NCBI GenBank assembly: GCA_031835245.2
Contig: JAVKOQ020000020.1
Span: 186,001-250,000 of the forward strand
Reading direction: 5' to 3'
DNA: 64,000 bases
Origin: Balamuthia mandrillaris
Taxonomy: Eukaryota
Part shown: positions 1 through 14,831 of the stretch, one piece after another
Layout: each line of letters begins with the position of its first letter
How positions within the stretch are numbered: the first letter of the stretch is position 1
Notes under the pieces: generated by a model
The model's database searches: none
Seen by the model: only the letters and a program-made list of their open reading frames with translations
Told to the model about the DNA's origin: nothing
Position numbers and translations under genes: made by a program

Positions 1-809
1 TGTTCTCTTTTATCGTTATTATTCTTTGTGGGCTTGACAGCAAACGTTGCAGAAGTGAGAGAAGAAGATGAGGAAGAAGAAAGGGATAAGGATGAGGTTG
101 TCGCTGTCTCTCGTTGATCTTCTTTTTGCTGATTTGTTGATATTGTCGCTGTTGTAGTTGGTACAGCGGTAGCAGGATGTGAAAACGGACAAGAGGTACC
201 TTTGTTGCAAAAGCCGTTCACAAAAAACCAACAGGCTGGTGGTTGTTGTTGCGATTGCTGTTGTTGAAATGGTGTAAACGAAGGTGAAGATGACGAAGAT
301 GAAGGTTGCACATAAAAATGACCATATCTACAGTTGCTACCTTTGTTGCAGTGACCGCTTTGGTAGAATACACACGCGACCGATCTTGAACCCTGAACGC
401 TTTCACCTGACACCTCTTCTTGTTCTTTTGCTTGTAGCGGAAGAGAAGGCGGCCACCATCCTCGACGTGCTCGTTGGTTGGGTTGTGACACTTTTTGTTG
501 TTCCTCTTCCATTTCGTCATCTTCTGCTTCCCCTTCTTCACTCGCTGTCTTTTCCTCTTCTGTTGAACGAACCATGTCTTTGACAATGTCAGTAATGTGA
601 AGCCGCAACAAGGCATAAACGTGGCGAACGTGATCCAACGTGAACCGCTCCACGGCCTCTTCCTCGCAAATGTCGACCACCCACAACCGGCGAAAGGGGC
701 AATGAGCAGCACAAGGCCGCTTGAAACGATAAAGCCTACCCGAGAAAGACTCTGTTTCGTCCTCGTCTTCTTCTGCTGCTTCCTCCTCTTCTTCTCCTTC
801 TCCTTCCAT
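1..809 (-). CDS. Tandem CCCH zinc-finger protein, 3'-truncated by the window edge; 5' exons may extend to about 1207
   Basis: A minus-strand frame absent from the ORF track (no stop inside the window) is open from ATG 809 to position 1. It encodes MEGEGEEEEEAAEEDEDETESF..., CVFYQSGHCNKGSNCRYGH (374-318) and CWFFVNGFCNKGTSCPFSH (233-177), both C-x7-C-x5-C-x3-H. Confidence 0.75.
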   Translation of the reverse strand, partial: MEGEGEEEEEAAEEDEDETESFSGRLYRFKRPCAAHCPFRRLWVVDICEEEAVERFTLDHVRHVYALLRLHITDIVKDMVRSTEEEKTASEEGEAEDDEMEEEQQKVSQPNQRARRGWWPPSLPLQAKEQEEVSGESVQGSRSVACVFYQSGHCNKGSNCRYGHFYVQPSSSSSSPSFTPFQQQQSQQQPPACWFFVNGFCNKGTSCPFSHPATAVPTTTATISTNQQKEDQRETATTSSLSLSSSSSSSLTSATFAVKPTKNNNDKRE

Positions 810-1724
810 TCGTTGAAGAGATCTGGTGCTTGAAAAGAAAGCATGACGAATGGCTCCGATGGTGGTGAAGGTCTGCCTTCTTGTTTTCGCCGCTTGAGTT
901 CTTAGTGTCTTCTTTCGGTTGGCTGGAGCGGCGACGGCCGCGACGAACAAAAGAGGAAACGATCACCGCTGAGGACGGTGGCATGCACAACAGGTCTCCG
1001 GCATACACTTCAACCTTGTTTTTCAAGCGAAACATCAAACAACGGATAAATCAATCAAAGAGGAGTTAGTTACCTTGAGTGGCGGGTGCGGATGACTTCT
1101 GGGCACATGGAACTTGTACACCTTCTCGCAGGCAGCCCGCGATGGTTTTTTGCTTCGTTGGCGCACTTCTTGGTGGGCGTCCTCTTCGCTACATTTTTTC
1201 ATTTTCATTTTTCTTTTTTCTTTTTCTTTTTTTGTTTGCAACCAATAGAACAATTCAAGGAATGTTTGGAATCAACATTACTTGCATTTTTTGCATTCTT
1301 TCTGGAGGACAACTGAAATTGCAGAAATTGACTTCAAATTGTGGTCGTTATGTTGTCGACAAATAAAAGTTATCGATTAATTTTGATAAATCAAAAACCC
1401 GTTGCGCTTTGATCCAGGGGTTTATGTAGAGCTAAGTTGTCCGAAAGGAATTCCTTGTTCTGCACTGTGACTCAGAAGGACTCTTTTTGGCTTTGTACAT
1501 TGATAGGAAACAGACGGTCATTCCCTTCGGGAGTGGTCATTAATAACGAAAGTAATCCATTACTGAAATGCCATTATACACGGTTAAACACATAAAAATA
1601 TAAAAGCGGAGGAAGAACAAGGCCGAAGCGAGCGAAGAGCAAGGCTGTTGAAAGGATTAACAAAAAAAAAATAAATAAATAAACCTTCAAGCCTGGAGAG
1701 AGAAAGAGAGAGAAGGAAAAATTA

Positions 1725-4449
1725 ATGGCTCGCACAAGTATGCTGCTGGGCGTTACGCTCATCTTGCTGGGCTGCTCCCTCTCCTCCTTGTTTGTTCCCT
1801 TCGCTCGGGCTTCTCTTGTAATATATTTACCGTTCGAGGGGGAGGACGTCTTCACGGGGATCTGTCCCCGCCCGCCTGAAATCCCGGAAAAGCTGAGCTT
1901 CCAGGACGAGTCCCGGATTTCCTTCGAGCCCAACGACGCCCGCCCGTTTGTCAACCTCAACGACGCTATCGTTATCCGCAATGGAGACAACGGCTTTGTC
2001 CAAGGAATCGGTACATCTTTTCTTCTTCTTCTTTGCCCTCTTTGTTTTTTTTTTTAAAAAACACAAGTGATTCCTTGGGTGTTTTTTTTTCTTGGTTTTT
2101 TTTTTTTTTTTTTTGCTTCGCTTCCTCATCTTCTTCTTTTCTTTTCTTGTTCTCTTTCATCAAACAAACGAACAAAAAAAAAGAACTTGGAAGTTGGCAA
2201 GTGAACAGCGCCGGAAACGCCTTCACCATTGCCGGTTGGTTCCGCGTGGACTCTCCCCCACCCAACGAGGGGTGGGTGCTCATCACCAGCCGCGCCCAAG
2301 CGGGGGGCACCACCCGTGTGGCCTGGGAGCTGGCGGTTCAGTCGGTGGGCGCCAGGGAGGACGGCATCCTGGTGCCCGTCTTTGAGCTGGACGTTGCTCC
2401 CTTTAAGTACGGCACCACGGCCGAGCAGCAGGACGCTGAGATTGAGAGGCTTACTATTGTAGGAGACGCCTCAACTGAGTTTGAGGTTTGTGCCCTTCTC
2501 CTTCTCCTTCTCCTTCTCCTTCTCCTTCTCCTTCTCCTTCTCCTTCTCCTTCTCCTTCTCCTTCTCCTTCTCCTCCTTCTTCCAACACATTATAACAACA
2601 AAAACAACAGGTTGGAGAATGGGTTCACATTGCAGCCGTGTTTGACGGTTTGAACTTGATGTTCCTTATCATTAACGGACAGGAGTCCAAAGCCACCAAG
2701 GCCTCCATCCAAGAGCTGATCGACGCAACCCCTGGAAGAGACAACTTTTATGGCAACAATGACACCTTCCTAGGAGCTCGCCCTGAGGCTGGTTCCATAG
2801 TTACCAGCGTTTTCATGGGTTGTGATAAAACAGTGTAAGTTCTCTGTTTGTTGTTCTTTCTTGTCGTTTCTTTCTTCTTATTGCTTTATGCTATACTAAC
2901 AACACCTACAATGATGATGGCAACAATAAACAAACAAAGCGATTCATTGGGAAGCGGACGAGGCTTCAACGGAGCGATGGACGAGATCCGCATCTACGAC
3001 TTGTCTCTTGCCGAGGCCGAGATCTACGTCCTCGTGGAGAACTCTGACAACGAGACCTACACCGTCATCGACGTGATGCCGGGCAGCGTTTCGGAGGAAG
3101 GCGGCCCTCCCTCTAGCACCATCTCCCAGTTCACTTTCTTTGGCATAGGCAATCGTCCTCCTTTCATTCAAGATCCTTGTACGTTACCGTCTGTCTGCTC
3201 TCTTTTTCTTCCTTTTGCTTCATTCTTACTTGTTGTTTCTCTTTCGTTTATTCTTTTCTTTCTTTCTTTTTTATCTTTGACAAACAAAAAACCATAACCT
3301 CAAACAAACATCAGATGAGGATCCCCTGCTCAACATCTTCGCTGTAGATGTTCTCACCCTCAACACAACAACCTATGACCAAGACAACATCGGAATGCCC
3401 GAGTTGGTCCACCAATGGCAAGACACCAGCTTGCAAGCTTGCAACTTTATGACCCTGGAGGGAACGGACACGTTCGACCTGACCGTCACTTTTCAACCCT
3501 CCCCACAGGAGGACCTCGAGTTGGCCTTTTGGGCCTTTGATGGCGAGCTGTGTACCACTGAGAAAGTGCAGTTGAAGGTGCTGCCCTCCGAGCCTGAGAT
3601 AGAAGAGGGCTTAGTGGAGGACCTTATGGTCAGGCGCGGCGAAACTATTAAATTGCGTGTCCCTTTTAAAGGTTTGACGTCTTATGCCTTGTTGATAACT
3701 GTTCTTGCTGTTTTTGTTCTTGTTCTTCTGCTTCTTGTTCTTCTTGTTCTTCTTGTTCTTCTTCTCCTTCTTCTTGTTTCTTATTTGTTTTATTGTGACA
3801 TATAGCTGCCCCATTACCGGACTTCCGATGGAAAGTACTGACCACGCTGGAGGTCTTGGAAGATGGTGTGTTGAAGAACAAAACGTTGTTCATTCTGGTG
3901 GACGACGCCACCGCAAGAACCCAAGTTCTGACTATCGCCAGCCCTCAAAATGGAACGGATTCCGAGGATCTTTTGCCCACTCAAGGGAAGCGACAGGACA
4001 TTGACAATACTGAATTCGGAACCGTCAACAAGACTCTTATTTGGTACTGTTCTTTCCTTCTCTTTTTCGTGCCTTTCTTTCTTGTCTTTTTCTTTCTTAA
4101 GTAACTTGTTTATCTACGTTCTTCTGACCTTTCTTCTTTACAACACTATAGCGAGTTGAGTAACTCGGAAGGTATAGTCTCATCTCACAACATCTCCGTC
4201 TCTTTCGTTTCCGAGATATACATTCCCCCACCGGATGAATCCTCCTCGAGCGAGTCTAACTCTACCAGCTCGGACTCGGGCACCGACGACGTCCCTCCTG
4301 ACAGCGACAAGGAGGAGGCTGATCTTTTGGGAGCCATTGTGGGAGGAGTCGTTGGAGGTGTTTTGTTACTGCTCATCATTTTGTTGGTGGTTGGCATCTT
4401 TGTCACGTGGAGAATAAGATCGTACGTCTCTCCCTCTCTCCCTCTCTCC

Positions 4450-4498
<49 letters not shown>

Positions 4499-6057
4499 TA
4501 TTGTTTGTAGCTTACAATGTATTTTCTGTTAAACAGACGGGTCAAGAAGATCAAACCATTTAAACCGGATTTCGACACTTTGGCCTTTGGCCCGTTGCTC
4601 AACCGCAATCATGGGGCCTCCAAGAGCCAAGAAGATGGTCTTCGTAAACTTGACAAGGTTCATATCAGCTTCTTTCTCGTTATTCTTTCTCTAGTTACTC
4701 GCTGCTCTCTCTCACTCTTACTCTCACTCTTTCTCATTTTTATTTTCTTGTAACAACAACACAGCTGTTACAAGACACAGATTATGAGTTGGCTCGCATC
4801 CTCTGCGACAACGCCAAAGCCACAGAGGCGGAGACAGTAGCCAAAGCGTTGACCTACATCTACACCTCTCACAACAACACGACCGACCTTTTGAACTACT
4901 TTGTGAGCAAGGAAGTGGAGAGCAGCAAGAAAGAGGCCACCCTCTTCCGAGCCAACAGCATCAGTTCCAAGATGTTCAACTGTTATGCTCGCATCGTTGG
5001 CATTCGTTTCTTGTGGGACATTTTCGCTATACCTGTCACCGAGTTGGATTTGCTTGGTTTGTTTTTACATATTTGCTTTCTTCTCTCTTTTGCTTCTTGC
5101 TCTCTTCTCTCTCTCTCTCTCTCTCCTCTCCTCTCCTCTCTCTTTCCCTCTCGTTCTGGAATAACTATATTTATATTAAATAGCCAAGAAGCAAGATGAA
5201 GACTTTGAATTGGAGGGCACCTCCCTTACGACTACTCTGCTGGGACCTGTGGTGATGGAACCCGATCCCACCAAGATCGAGGAGGCCTCCGATAACCAGA
5301 TCAACACCATCCAACTGTGGCTCATCGCCCAGAAGATGCTCAACTCTCTCATCAGCAGAGCTAATGCTCTTCCCAGAGAGGTTGGAGAGGTGCTACGTCA
5401 CGTCAATGAGGAGGTAGAGCAAAAGTTCTCCGACGCGGCGGCGCATAAGGCTCTCGGCGCGTTCCTCTTCCTCCGTTTCATTTGCCCGTCCTTGATGGCT
5501 CCCCATGTTTATGGCCTCTTGAAGAGTATGTGTTCTTAATTCTCTCCTCTCTTTTCTTTCTCTCTTTCTTTTAACGTTACCTACTTTTTATCTCTACGAA
5601 TTCAACTATAGATCCACCACACGGCACTTGTCAACGACAGCTTATTCTTATCGCAAAGGTCTTGCAGAATCTTGCCAACGACACGCTACCCGGCAAGAAG
5701 GAGCATTACATGGAGCGGCTCAACGACTTTATCACATCCAACCAAGACCCGCTTCGCAAATTCTATCGAAACGTTTTGGTATGTTTTTCTTTCTTCTTTT
5801 CTTTCTCTTTTCGTTTGTGAGCTCCTTTCAAACAATACATTGTAATGCAGGACGCCTCCGCATCCTCAGAAGAATCAGGATTGGTGACGGTGCCAGCCAC
5901 GGTCTCGATGAACGGTCTCGTCGCCCTGTACTGCCACATCAACACCAACCAAGAAAAGATCTTAGCGGCCATCCAACAAGAGGACGAGGAGTTGGCCGGC
6001 GCTTTGGAGGAGATTCTGGACACTGTTGGCGAGATCGACGTTTACGAGAAGTATTAA
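1725..6057 (+). CDS. Type I membrane protein: signal peptide, LamG/concanavalin-like ectodomain, TM helix and cytoplasmic RasGAP domain (multi-exon)
   Basis: Signal peptide MARTSMLLGVTLILLGCSL. LamG-like motifs FTIAGWFR, WVHIAAVFDG and FNGAMDEIRIYD. TM LLGAIVGGVVGGVLLLLIILLVVGIFVTW (about 4324-4410). RasGAP motifs TLFRANS (Arg finger), FLFLRFICPSLMAP and LILIAKVLQNLAN. GT-AG introns join the ORF pieces. Confidence 0.85.
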
Positions 6058-6232
6058 CGGCCATTCACAACAATCATTTTGTTCAACTTCTTTTTTTTTT
6101 TTTCAACAATTAATATAGCATATTGTACTTATGTCAACTTTTTGAGAACCATTCCGTTGTCGTTTCTGTTTTACTCTTTTTTTCTGGTGCTCGTTACAAA
6201 CTAGAAAGAAAGAAGTTGCCACCAGAGTATTT

Positions 6233-9572
<3,340 letters not shown>

Positions 9573-10329
9573 CTTTCGTTTCTTTCTCTCTTTTTTTTTT
9601 TTTTTTGTTTTGCGAATAATTTTTTTTTGTTGAAAAGTTTGAAAACGGCGGAAATTTCAATAAGATTTAACAACGAAAATTCGAGAGCCAGGCCGCGGAA
9701 AAAGCAAACGCTTATGGTGAGTATTGAACCGGTGACCCTCAGATTTGTGTAGACACGAGGGGTATTTTGTTTATCCTTTCTTTTGTCGACATTTCGAGAA
9801 TTTTTCGACAGGTTTTGATTGATTGATTGATATTATATGGCGACAATTGACGAAAATCGCCAATTTCTTTTTGTTTGGGTTGTTTTTCTCTGACGAAAAG
9901 GCGTTTGCCCTTTCATCTACAACACCAAAAACCTAGAGTTTCATGGCCCTGAGACACGGTGAGAGGGATGCAATGAATGGAGAGCTAGTCCATCTTATCT
10001 TCCTTGCAAAGGAAATAGAACCAGAGAGCAAGGTAGAATCGGACATTTTTGGCCGGTTGCAAACTGTTTTGACGTTCAGCTGATCAAGATAACGAACAAC
10101 CGTTGGCCTTCCAAAGAACAGTGGTATTCATTTTTAGGCATGCAACGCATGGAAACGCGGTTCACCCTTGAGAAAACGTGGCAGAAAAATCCAAGGCAAG
10201 CCTCTCGTCAGCCCCTACCCGAACTATTTGGTACTGCCGTCGTATTTATTCAAAGCAAATCCTTTTCATTCTTTCGCTCAATTGTCGAAGACTCTTCTTG
10301 CACATACACGCTTCACTAATGTTTACACA

Positions 10330-10947
10330 ATGGAGGACTACTTTCACCTGTTTGGTGGGTGGGATACGGAGCTTCTGGATTGTCCGAGTTGGCATCAGCT
10401 GCTTTCCTCTGCGCCTTCTTCTCCTCCCTCACTCTCATCCCTCTCCCCGTCTTGCCACGAACTCGAAGGACTGAATGCGGAGAGATGGGTAGAGGTTGCC
10501 CTCAACCCCGATTATCTCCCAGCGGCTTCTTCTAATCCTTCAATCGAAAACCTTCCTCCTTGCAACCACGCCGACGAGAATGCCAGAGGGTCCACCGAGC
10601 CTTGCTTCGCCTCCTCTGCGTCTCCGTCTGAAGCATTCTGCTTCAACGTGGAACATATTTTAGAGCAGCTTCTGTTTGGAGAGGAGCAATTCTCTTGGGA
10701 CTCTCCTGTAGGAATCACACCAAACCAGGTTGACGCATTCTCCCCTCTTCCGCAAGCTCCCTCGGTTCTCCCGTTGGATAACGTTGTGACAAACATGCCA
10801 GCAATAGGTTCTGGTTTGAAGTACCAGAAAACGCCCACACGCAAAGCCAAAGCGAATGGGAAAGAGGCCAAGCGGAAGCGCAGAAGACAGGGAAAAAAGG
10901 CCGATGCGGTGCGTCATAAGAAATCGAAGAACAACAAGAACTTGTAA
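10330..10947 (+). CDS. Orphan tandem-array protein, copy 1 (205 aa, intronless)
   Basis: MEDYFHLFGGWD...VEHILEQLLFGEE...MPAIGSGLKYQK plus a K/R-rich tail; motifs shared with four neighbours. Confidence 0.7.
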   Translation: MEDYFHLFGGWDTELLDCPSWHQLLSSAPSSPPSLSSLSPSCHELEGLNAERWVEVALNPDYLPAASSNPSIENLPPCNHADENARGSTEPCFASSASPSEAFCFNVEHILEQLLFGEEQFSWDSPVGITPNQVDAFSPLPQAPSVLPLDNVVTNMPAIGSGLKYQKTPTRKAKANGKEAKRKRRRQGKKADAVRHKKSKNNKNL

Positions 10948-11090
10948 ATAAATAGAACTTGTACACGAACGAACAAACAAAACACTGTTTATATTTATTT
11001 TTATTATCTTTTTCATTTGAATGCCTCAGAATGCAAAGAAGGAACGTGGAATGTGTGAAAAAGCTCCTCCTTGCCCACGGAGTTAACATT

Positions 11091-11138
11091 CGCCCTAATC
11101 AATCCTAGGGCCGTGGGTTCGACTCCCGCCCCCAACCA
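11091..11138 (+). other. tRNA-like relic: hairpin, T-arm/B-box and 3' CCA
   Basis: GCCCTA...TAGGGC hairpin, then GTGGG-TTCGACT-CCCGC T-arm and CCCCAACCA. No complementary 5' acceptor strand. Confidence 0.5.
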
Positions 11139-11642
11139 CGATTTTAATGCCGGACAGAACACTGACAGCGAACCCTTACAACCGCTCAACCTGACAAGGT
11201 GTTAGTCCTCTCTTTTGGAGAGCGAAAGCGGTGCAACCGGATGATATGGGCGCGGTGCGTCTGGTGGCAGGTGATCGGAGAGATTTTTTCTGTTTTGGTT
11301 TTAATGGATTGGTTTTCGTGCATCGGCAAGGGATATGCCGGACGAGGCAGCAGCGAACGAAGTCCGTTCCCATCAGCAAGTCGTCATGGGCCAGGAACAT
11401 TATGCCGCTTTTTTTGAGGATGATGTTTTCAATAGGGAAAATGCTTCCTTCGGCGCCCTACGGAAGAAAAATCGGAAAGTTCCGGAGAAAAAGAAAAGGT
11501 TAAGACCTGTCCCGATGCCTGTCAGTTGCTCTTTCCCACTATCTCCATCGTATCGTGTGCTGCATTTCTATTTACTTGCCCATCCGGTGATATTCTGTTT
11601 CGCCACGTTCTTCGTTGGAGCATGCACATACCCCTTCGCACT

Positions 11643-12173
11643 ATGGAGGACATTCTGCAGGGATGGAGCGAGCGGGAGGCTGAGCTACTCCTCCCAGCCG
11701 ACTCTCCGGAACAGTTATTGCTCCCTGCTTCATCCGTTCCGCTAGCCAGCGCTTTCGTCCTGTCCAACTCGTACGAAGAAATAGAATTGGAGAGGTTAAT
11801 TGAAGCAGAATCACTCCCTTACTCAACTTCAATGTCCGAACAATTCGTCCCTGTAGTTAACGTGAACCATCCTTGCATCACGCCGCTGGATTCATATGCT
11901 TTGCCTGAAGGACTAGTCCGCACTGAACACTTTCTGGAAGCACTTCTGTTTGGAGAAGGAGAAGAAGCTCCTCTGCCCCTTGTGGACCACGCGCAAGCTA
12001 GGTGGCCAACAAGTGTGGTTCCTCCCCATCTACCACTTCGCGCGCACATTGGGGCCATGCCAACGATTGGCTGTGGTTTAAAGTATCAGAGAACTCGAAG
12101 AAGGACGGCGAAAAAGGCCATGAAAATTGAGCAGCAGAACAGGGTGGCCAGAAGGAAGCGCAGAAGCGGGTGA
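11643..12173 (+). CDS. Orphan tandem-array protein, copy 2 (176 aa)
   Basis: MEDILQGWSE...TEHFLEALLFGEGEE...MPTIGCGLKYQR plus a basic tail. Confidence 0.7.
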   Translation: MEDILQGWSEREAELLLPADSPEQLLLPASSVPLASAFVLSNSYEEIELERLIEAESLPYSTSMSEQFVPVVNVNHPCITPLDSYALPEGLVRTEHFLEALLFGEGEEAPLPLVDHAQARWPTSVVPPHLPLRAHIGAMPTIGCGLKYQRTRRRTAKKAMKIEQQNRVARRKRRSG

Positions 12174-12274
12174 ACAACCCATCCTACCGTAGACAAAAAA
12201 TCCAAACCGTAACACAGGGACATGTAAAAAGCTTTGTAAATTGTTACTTTTTCCGTCACTGTCTTTTCTGTTGT

Positions 12275-12315
<41 letters not shown>

Positions 12316-12352
12316 GAGAAGAAAGAGTGTATGAGAGGTGGAGAGATGTGTT

Positions 12353-12388
<36 letters not shown>

Positions 12389-12854
12389 AAGCGAATTGCA
12401 GCAGAGTGACAGCGGTGGCGCCTTCAGGCCACGCGAAGCACTGGATCTCAGATCTCCAAGCATCTCCCGTTCAACCGGCATACAACTTTATGCTATGTCT
12501 GCATTTAGCCCATGCTCGGAATGGAAGTGCTGCCTTCCACGACTTGTAGAGCAGCAAAACATAACCCCTTGAAAAGCATTGAATGGAGAGGATCCGCATC
12601 CATGACGGAAGGGTGACACCGAAACATGGATGATACGGCGGCGACCTGAGATGAAAGCAGGATACCCCATCCCAAACTGATCATTATTCGAGCGTTTTTG
12701 GTCAGCATTCGGAACGGGTGGGCTTTGTTCGGACAACTTTCAACACAAATGAACCCTTCAAGAATGGGTGATGGCCAGTTGGACCCGGTTTAATGCCTAT
12801 TGTTTTTTGTTTGTTGGTGCTAACAAACAACTCGCTTCACTAGACAAAGACACG

Positions 12855-13517
12855 ATGGACGAACTATTCGGTGGATGGGAGACATCTGCTCCCTCTGCAA
12901 ACTGTAGCCAAGGACAGCCACCGTTTTCGCCCGCACCGCCGGAGGACATCTTCGGTCTTTCCTCCATGGAGGAGGAGCAGGGATGGCCGGACTCAAGCTT
13001 CGGCTCATTTGCCCGATGGTTCGAAGACCTAGACGAGCCGGTTGCCCTCCCACCCCAATCCAAAGGAGTTCCTCTGCTGTCCCCCGCGTCTGAAACGGAC
13101 ATGGCGGCATTGATGGAGTCTGGCGATGGAGCGTCTTCCGTTTCCGCTTGCTCACTACGAAGTTCGGTAGATGACCTGTTGGAAGAGCTGATGTTGGAAC
13201 GAGAAACGTTGGAGAATGCCAGGCCACCGACAGTGGAGTACCCGCCAGCTTCATTGGTGCCTCCGTCGCCGTCATTGCTTCAACTCAACTCCTTTGTGGG
13301 AAGAGTCCCAGCCATCGGGTCAGGATTGCACTTCCTCACAGCTCGTGGAAGAGGACGAAGAGCCTCTGGTGCTGCAGCTGGAGCCAAGAGGAAGCAAAGG
13401 AAGGAAGGGAGGGATAAGCAGAAGAAGGGGAGAAGGGGGAAGCACCGAAGCATGGAAGGAAAGAGGGGCAAGAATGTAAACAAGAAAAAACGAAGAGTGG
13501 AAGAAAGGAGCATGTAG
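12855..13517 (+). CDS. Orphan tandem-array protein, copy 3 (220 aa)
   Basis: MDELFGGWET...GSFARWFEDLD...VDDLLEELMLERE...VPAIGSGLHF plus a basic tail. Confidence 0.75.
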   Translation: MDELFGGWETSAPSANCSQGQPPFSPAPPEDIFGLSSMEEEQGWPDSSFGSFARWFEDLDEPVALPPQSKGVPLLSPASETDMAALMESGDGASSVSACSLRSSVDDLLEELMLERETLENARPPTVEYPPASLVPPSPSLLQLNSFVGRVPAIGSGLHFLTARGRGRRASGAAAGAKRKQRKEGRDKQKKGRRGKHRSMEGKRGKNVNKKKRRVEERSM

Positions 13518-13630
13518 ATAGGTTTCGCCAACAATATCTTCTCTTCTCTGTGACCTCGAAGCCCGGTGAAGATGTCTTTCACCAGGTGGACGCAATGGAA
13601 GAGGTCATTCAACTTTGTATCCGCCCCAGG

Positions 13631-13672
<42 letters not shown>

Positions 13673-14249
13673 ACAAAAGAAGAGAGAACAGGAAGAAGAA
13701 AACATGAACCGCAGCGGAATGACAGCCGGAAAGCCTTCAAGCCATGGGAGCGTTGGAACTCAATCTCTGTTGGATGGTCGGAATCTGAGTTACAACCGTT
13801 GACGTCCTCCATAGTTGTTCTAAACTCGTAGTTTTTGATCACCGCCGCATCTCCTGTGGCGTGTAATGAGGTGAGAGCACCGCTTTCCATGAACCTAAAC
13901 ATTGAAACCCAGTTGAATGGAGAGCTCCCGATCCGAGGTGGAGGGAGGACGGAGAGATGAGGAGGGAAACAAGGGTCCAAACCGCCGCCCCGAGATGAAG
14001 GGAGGATACTTCACCAAACGTGGGGATAACGACGGCTTTGGTCAAGCTTTCGGAACGGTTTGACTTGGTTATGGGAAACTACCCCAGGTAGGGCACAACT
14101 TTCAAAAAAATAAACTGGCGTTATGAACTCAAAGAAGATAGGTATAAAAGAGAAGAATCTGTTCTCTGTTTTTCTTTTATTTTTATTACGCCTTAAACCC
14201 ACACCTCCTCCAAACTCAACAACTTCTTCACCCGCAGACGGAGATCACG

Positions 14250-14831
14250 ATGGAGGATCTCTTTGGTGAATGGGAGACAATCCCCATCCATCCAGACCGC
14301 AACCAAGAACGGCCATTGTTTTCGCCTCCACCGCTGGATTTCTTCGGCCTTGCCTCCACGGAGGAGGAGAAGGGATGGCTGGACTCAAACTCCGGCTCAT
14401 TTGCCCGATGGTTCGAGGACCTGGACCCTCCCCAACCGAGTAGACCTCCTTCATTCGAAATGGACGTAGAGGCCCGTTACTCTCCACGAAGCTCGGTTGA
14501 GTATCTACTGGAGGAGCTTATGTTGGAACGAGAAGCTTTGGAGAACTCCAAGAAGACGATGGTGGAACCTCCCTCGACTTTGTCGTTGCCGGCATGGGCT
14601 TCCTGGATTCAACCCAACTCTTTTGTGGGAAGAGTCCCAGCCATCGGGTCAGGATTGCACTTCCTCACTGCCCGAGGAAGAAGAAAACCTGCTGCTGGAA
14701 CCAAGAGGAAGACGGGAGAGGCAGAAGAAAGGAAGCAGAACGAAGCGCAGAAGCGGGGACGGCAAGAATGTAAACAAGAAAAGAAGAAGAGCGGAAGAGA
14801 GCAGCACGTAGGGCCAAGCTTAGACCAATAA
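14250..14831 (+). CDS. Orphan tandem-array protein, copy 4 (193 aa)
   Basis: MEDLFGEWET...GSFARWFEDLD...VEYLLEELMLERE...VPAIGSGLHF plus a basic tail; TATAAAA at 14143. Confidence 0.75.
   Translation: MEDLFGEWETIPIHPDRNQERPLFSPPPLDFFGLASTEEEKGWLDSNSGSFARWFEDLDPPQPSRPPSFEMDVEARYSPRSSVEYLLEELMLEREALENSKKTMVEPPSTLSLPAWASWIQPNSFVGRVPAIGSGLHFLTARGRRKPAAGTKRKTGEAEERKQNEAQKRGRQECKQEKKKSGREQHVGPSLDQ

Noticed and set aside
218..844. 208-aa minus ORF with a hydrophobic stretch
   Set aside because: The overlapping frame encodes two clear CCCH fingers and is the likelier coding frame.
11091..11138. Intact tRNA gene (also near 31490 and 56920)
   Set aside because: There is no pairing acceptor stem or proper D-arm, so these are kept only as relics or B-boxes.
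12400..12850. Upstream coding exon for the array genes
   Set aside because: The homologous upstream regions of copies 3 and 4 contain stops and do not keep a common reading frame, and the candidate donor at 14142 is out of phase with the ORF.
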